Positions 59,749 through 64,000 of a stretch of 64,000 nucleotides of DNA are shown one piece after another (the stretch's first letter is position 1; each line of letters begins with the position of its first letter). Below the pieces are notes generated by a model that was not told the DNA's origin, searched no databases, and worked only from the letters and a program-made list of their open reading frames with translations. The translations under genes and the position numbers were made by a program. The DNA is from Desulfobacterales bacterium (lineage in GTDB: Bacteria; Desulfobacterota; Desulfobacteria; Desulfobacterales; UBA5616), in NCBI GenBank assembly GCA_046483495.1, contig JAWODC010000092.1, forward strand, positions 1-64,000, read 5' to 3'.

Positions 59749-60723
59749 TTGAGATCGGATTCAGAACGTCTGGATAATTTATTCGAATTTTGGAAAAATA
59801 CGGCATTCGGGTTGAATTGGCCGTATGTATTTACGCTTCCGGTTTGGCTGAAAGCATGGTGGGCCGTTTTTGGAGAAAACCGCCGGACCGACATACGCAC
59901 CGTTTGGGACGGGCAGGAACTGCTCGGCATTGCCCCGCTGCAAAAAAACGGGCGTAAAGCATCATTTATTGGAAACGCCGACGTATGTGATTACCTGGAT
60001 TTTATCGTTTTGCCGCATAGGGCGGCATCCTTTTTTCACGGGTTTCTGGATGACTTGGTCTCGAGCGGTATCGATGTACTTGAATTGCGGTGTCTGCGTC
60101 CGGAATCCCATGGCATCAGCTGTTTCTTGCCGGTTCTGGAGGAGCGTTCCATTGCATTCGATCAAAAACCCGACGGCGTCTCCTTGGAAATGGAACTGCC
60201 CGCAGCATGGGATGACTACCTGGCGGGGCTTACATCGAAGCAGCGGCATGAAGTCAGACGCAAGCTCAGACGATTATACGAATCCGGTGACATTCGGTTT
60301 ATCGTATATGATAAGCCGGAAGATATTGCCGGCAACCGGGATGATTTTTTGAAGCTGTTCCGGAGAAGCCGGATGGATAAATCCGATTTCATGACCATGA
60401 AAATGGAATCCTTTTTTAAGACAGTCATGTCCGCGACTGTCGATGCGGGCCTGCTGAAAATGGCGATGCTGTATGTGAATCAGGTAAAGGCGGCGGCGCT
60501 GCTGTTTTTTGATTATAACGAAAGGATTTATCTGTATAACAGCGGATATGATCCGGAATGCGGCTCGATCAGTGTGGGGCTTCTGTCTAAGATTCTGCTC
60601 ATTCGTCATGGTATTTCCGAAAAAAAAAGGGTTTTTGATTTTTTAAGAGGAGACGAAGCTTACAAGTATCGTCTGGGAGGATGCGAAACGAGCCTCAGCA
60701 GAATCACTGTCCACTTGAAATAG
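59749..60723 (+). CDS. GNAT Acetyltransf_6 (CelD/BcsL, Fem-like) protein
   Basis: F..P.W..AWW, G....DY.D, WDDYL..L..KQR...RRK.RRL, YNSGYD and FDFLRGDE.YK motifs. Confidence 0.85.
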   Translation: MRSDSERLDNLFEFWKNTAFGLNWPYVFTLPVWLKAWWAVFGENRRTDIRTVWDGQELLGIAPLQKNGRKASFIGNADVCDYLDFIVLPHRAASFFHGFLDDLVSSGIDVLELRCLRPESHGISCFLPVLEERSIAFDQKPDGVSLEMELPAAWDDYLAGLTSKQRHEVRRKLRRLYESGDIRFIVYDKPEDIAGNRDDFLKLFRRSRMDKSDFMTMKMESFFKTVMSATVDAGLLKMAMLYVNQVKAAALLFFDYNERIYLYNSGYDPECGSISVGLLSKILLIRHGISEKKRVFDFLRGDEAYKYRLGGCETSLSRITVHLK

Positions 60724-60767
60724 ATCATGAATGCCATGATTAAAAATAATTAAAGGATTGCACATCC

Positions 60768-62033
60768 ATGAAGATCGCCATGATCAGTATCCATAGTTGC
60801 CCCATCGGAGAGCTCGGCACCCGAGATACCGGGGGGATGAGCGTTTACATTCGGGAACTGGCAAAGGAACTTGGAAAAAGAGGCCATCGCGTCGACATCT
60901 ATACGCGTTATCATGGTGAAGGGCATGAGCCTGTCATGCAATTGACGGAAAATGTCAGACTGTTGCATATACGGGCCGGTGGCTGTGAAGATATGCATAA
61001 ACTTGCCGTTTATCCGTACGTGCGCGATTTTGCCGAAGAGCTCGACCGAATCCGGCACATCGATAACCTTCGATACGATTTGATTCACAACCATTATTGG
61101 CTGTCGGGTCTGGTCGGCAATTATTTGGCACGATGGTGGCGCATTCCTCAGGTCACCATGTTTCACACGCTTGGCGCCGTAAAGAACACCTTGAACATCG
61201 GAGAGCCGGAACCGGAATGCCGGATTTGCAGTGAAAGGGCCCTGGTGCATGCCGGCGGCATGATTATCGCTCCGACGGCCAAGGAAAAGCATGAGATTGT
61301 CAGATACTATGGCGCGGATCCGCAGACTGTTCGTGTGATCCCTTGCGGCGTTAACCAGAAGCTTTTCCAGCGCGTAAAGCGCGAAAAAGCCAGAAATCGC
61401 CTGGGTATCGGTATGGATGAGCATGTGCTGCTCTATGTCGGCCGGGTGGAGCCTTTAAAGGGGATAGACCGGTTGATACGGACCATGGCATGGCTGAAAA
61501 AACGCATCGACGTAAAATTGCTGATCGTAGGCGGCGATGATACGGGCCATCCCCGGATGCAGCAGATGAGAACCCTGGTTCGTAAACTTGACCTCGAAAA
61601 GTGTGTAGAATTCGCCGGAAGAGCCGACCAGGAGGACCTTCCAGGCTTTTATAGTGCGGCCGATGCCCTCGTAGTGGCCTCGCTTTATGAGAGCTTCGGG
61701 CTGGTCGCACTGGAAGCCATGTCCTGTGGAACCCCGGTTGTGTCGACGGCTGTCGGCGGGATGAGAAGTATCGTTCGTCAGGGTGTAACAGGATGCCTCA
61801 TCGGCGACGACACGGTGACCGGAATGGCACAATCCATCCTGCATATTCTCGATCATCCCGAGCTTTACTCCCATCGTGCCCGAGCCATTCGAAACTCGAT
61901 TTTACGATTTTCCTGGGAGAATATCGCCGCTTCCATGGCAGACGCTTACAAAGACCTCATTTCAGGATATTCACATCGGTTCTACGGGAAGCAGCGGCGG
62001 CGGTTTTGCCTCGATTGGGCTTCCAATGGTTAA
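60768..62033 (+). CDS. GT4 glycosyltransferase, MshA-like (D-inositol-3-phosphate GlcNAc transferase)
   Basis: SIHSCP...G..DTGGMSVY, VDIYTR, YDLIHNHYWLSG, HTLGAVKN, GRVEPLKG and ESFGLVALEA..CGTPV are the MshA-type motifs. Confidence 0.85.
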   Translation: MKIAMISIHSCPIGELGTRDTGGMSVYIRELAKELGKRGHRVDIYTRYHGEGHEPVMQLTENVRLLHIRAGGCEDMHKLAVYPYVRDFAEELDRIRHIDNLRYDLIHNHYWLSGLVGNYLARWWRIPQVTMFHTLGAVKNTLNIGEPEPECRICSERALVHAGGMIIAPTAKEKHEIVRYYGADPQTVRVIPCGVNQKLFQRVKREKARNRLGIGMDEHVLLYVGRVEPLKGIDRLIRTMAWLKKRIDVKLLIVGGDDTGHPRMQQMRTLVRKLDLEKCVEFAGRADQEDLPGFYSAADALVVASLYESFGLVALEAMSCGTPVVSTAVGGMRSIVRQGVTGCLIGDDTVTGMAQSILHILDHPELYSHRARAIRNSILRFSWENIAASMADAYKDLISGYSHRFYGKQRRRFCLDWASNG

Positions 62034-62034
62034 G

Positions 62035-62128
62035 TAGTGCCCATCCAGAAATGTTTGCTATTTTGAGGATTTCGATTTTGGGTCCAACGCAGAAATCGCG
62101 TGGCAGGGCCATTTATGGATGGACACTG
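62035..62128. repeat. Short element with the same terminal inverted repeats and a different interior
   Basis: TAGTGCCCATCCAGAAATG ... CATTTATGGATGGACACTG, filling the gap between two convergent stop codons. Confidence 0.75.
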
Positions 62129-62129
62129 A

Positions 62130-63041
62130 CTATCGCTTCCTTTCATACCACGGGAGCGTATCGCGGACTTTAAAACCCATGGATCGATATAACCGAACGG
62201 CCGGCGTGTTGCTGCTGTCCGTGGTCAATTCAACCGCATGAACACCCTGGTGCTTCAACCTGCAAAGCCCCGCCTGCAGGGTTGCTTTTCCCAGGCCCCC
62301 GCCTCGATATGCAGGGTTTACGCCGATCATGTGAATTCGGCCTTTTTTTGCGCGCTGCACATCGGTTTTGGTCCAGCAGTACCCTACAGGCCGGTTGCCG
62401 TCGAATGTCACCAGAATGTCATTATGGGTGCCGCCGCACGTGAGGATTTCATACCGGACCTTTTCCACTGAGTTGGGATTGAACCCCCAGCTTCCCTTGA
62501 AGAATTCGTTTTGCATCATTGTCAGGAGATATTCCTGCCCTTTTTTTAAGCTCTTCAGCCTGAACGGATGCGGATCAGGCGCCTCGATTTTCCTGTCCCG
62601 TATGTTCAGATGCAGCTCGCTGTACTGACGAATGCGTTTGAATCCGTGCGCTTCCAAGAACGATTTTCCGGCCACGTTTGACTCCGAAATATTCGCATGA
62701 GTCACGTAAAGGCCGATTTCGCGTCCGCGCAATAGGGCCTTGGTGAGCAGCTCCGAACCGACCCCGTTTCTTCGGTATTCCGGATGAACGATGATGTTGA
62801 GCAGAACTCGACCTATCGCCGCTTCAGGAGCCAACTCGCAGATCCCGATTATTTTTCGGTTTGCCAGGGCGAGAAAAATATTTTCATCCGGACGGCAGCC
62901 CGGATAGTGCAAATGTTCGGTCAGTTGACTGGAAATTACATGCACACCGGATTCATTCATGCCTGTCAAAAATTGGTAAAATGACACAAGCATGTTGAAA
63001 TCCGAAGGGCTGAAATTCCTTATTTTTTTTTGAAGAACCAT
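62130..63041 (-). CDS. Tandem-GNAT acetyltransferase, MshD (mycothiol synthase)-like
   Basis: Two GNAT domains (VHPEYRRNGVG; GVNPAYRGGGLG), GYCWTK resembling MshD GFHWTK, and N..AVRLY..MGF. Confidence 0.8.
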   Translation of the reverse strand: MVLQKKIRNFSPSDFNMLVSFYQFLTGMNESGVHVISSQLTEHLHYPGCRPDENIFLALANRKIIGICELAPEAAIGRVLLNIIVHPEYRRNGVGSELLTKALLRGREIGLYVTHANISESNVAGKSFLEAHGFKRIRQYSELHLNIRDRKIEAPDPHPFRLKSLKKGQEYLLTMMQNEFFKGSWGFNPNSVEKVRYEILTCGGTHNDILVTFDGNRPVGYCWTKTDVQRAKKGRIHMIGVNPAYRGGGLGKATLQAGLCRLKHQGVHAVELTTDSSNTPAVRLYRSMGFKVRDTLPWYERKR

Positions 63042-63186
63042 ATGTCGATTTTTAACCGATGATGATATATAAATATACGATGATGTGTTCGGCTATCTTT
63101 TAAAAATTGGATTTTGGTCGCAATAAATAGAAACGTAGCAATTTTTTCGGGTTTGTTCAACGAAGGATATTCAAGAGGAAAATCGA

Positions 63187-63882
63187 ATGAGTGAAGCTGC
63201 TTACGCGATGGTGATTACACCTCATCCGGATGATTCCGAATTCGGTGTGGCCGGGACGGTAGCCAAATGGACCGGTGAAGGGAAAAGCGTAATTTATGTT
63301 GTCTGCACCAACGGGAACAAAGGTACGAACGACCGGACGACGTTGCCGGAAAAGTTGGCCGAAATCAGGGAAAAAGAACAGCGGGACGCAGCAAATGTAC
63401 TGAATGTGTCCGACGTTTTTTTCCTGGGATATCCGGATCAAGGTCTGGAAGACACATCGGAATTCAGGGGCCGAATCGTCCGGCTGATTCGGCGCCATCA
63501 ACCGGAAGTCGTTGTAACATCGGATCCGTATCGCCGGTATATATGGCATCGGGATCATCGAATTTGCGGCAGAGTGGTGCTGGATGCGGTCTTTCCCTGT
63601 GCACGGGACCACTTGTCCTATCCGGAATTACTGGTGGAGGGCCTCGAGCCCCACAAAGTGAGGGAAATGCTGTTCTGGGCGGCGGAGGATATCAATTACA
63701 GGGTGGATATTACCGAAACCTTTGACATTAAAATGCGGGCGCTTCGATGCCATCGAAGCCAGGTGGGGCACCTTGCCCGGAGCGTGCTCGAGGACCGGAT
63801 GAGAAAACGGCACAGCGGTTTCGCCGAGGAGGAGGACTTCGAATTGGCCGAAGCTTTCCACAGGGTGGCGATTCCGTTTTAG
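63187..63882 (+). CDS. PIG-L/LmbE-family N-acetylglucosaminyl deacetylase (MshB/BshB-like)
   Basis: HPDD.E, T.G..G, R..E...A, HRDH and K..AL.CH.SQ motifs. Confidence 0.9.
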   Translation: MSEAAYAMVITPHPDDSEFGVAGTVAKWTGEGKSVIYVVCTNGNKGTNDRTTLPEKLAEIREKEQRDAANVLNVSDVFFLGYPDQGLEDTSEFRGRIVRLIRRHQPEVVVTSDPYRRYIWHRDHRICGRVVLDAVFPCARDHLSYPELLVEGLEPHKVREMLFWAAEDINYRVDITETFDIKMRALRCHRSQVGHLARSVLEDRMRKRHSGFAEEEDFELAEAFHRVAIPF

Positions 63883-64000
63883 GGCATGTTGAAGCGGATT
63901 CAATCCTCAGAACGCCACAACACATCCCCGCAAAGGTCCGGGGGGTGGGGCTTGGAAGAAAAGGCCCGGTATGCCTCCTTCTCTTTTCCGATACGTGTGC

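Noticed and set aside
1..64000. Selenocysteine/pyrrolysine read-through, tRNA/rRNA genes, transposases and integrases
   Set aside because: The recognised genes ending in TGA or TAG look full length at their stops. No cloverleaf, rRNA-like segment or recombinase motif was seen by eye, but a tRNAscan/Infernal run is needed to exclude them formally.

Overview
About 60 protein-coding genes from an anaerobic bacterium, most likely a sulfate-reducer-type Desulfobacterota/Desulfobacterales (inferred from cooS, rubrerythrin, ahbB, tupABC, the argS-SPOR-gatCA order and sigma54 use; not verified by search). Most genes are housekeeping or metabolic: ilvE, dapA, cobO, nadK, mutL, gatCA, argS, serC, hisD, pepA, mtnA, tupABC. 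I found no rRNA, tRNA, CRISPR array or transposase. Main points of interest: (1) 59.7-63.9 kb holds a four-gene cluster resembling mycothiol biosynthesis (MshA-like glycosyltransferase, PIG-L/MshB-like deacetylase, MshD-like double GNAT). It has no MshC but does have a Fem-like Acetyltransf_6 GNAT, making it a candidate new low-molecular-weight thiol or sugar-amide pathway outside Actinobacteria. (2) A structured leader with an intrinsic terminator lies between a sigma70 promoter and a Ni/Co uptake operon (DUF4198-cbiM/nikM-nikL-like), a candidate metal- or cofactor-sensing riboswitch/attenuator. (3) An orphan promoter-sRNA-terminator unit with an anti-Shine-Dalgarno CCUCCUCCCC tract sits at 23.8 kb. 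(4) Seven copies of a palindromic MITE/REP-like element occur with no transposase in view. (5) A rubrerythrin-cooS pair has a perfect FNR-type box upstream. (6) There is a MoxR-VWA chaperone pair with no evident client and a DacZ-like diadenylate cyclase. (7) A probable chimeric or insertion junction at about 348 truncates a lytic transglycosylase. All protein calls come from motif recognition by eye; no database searches were run.
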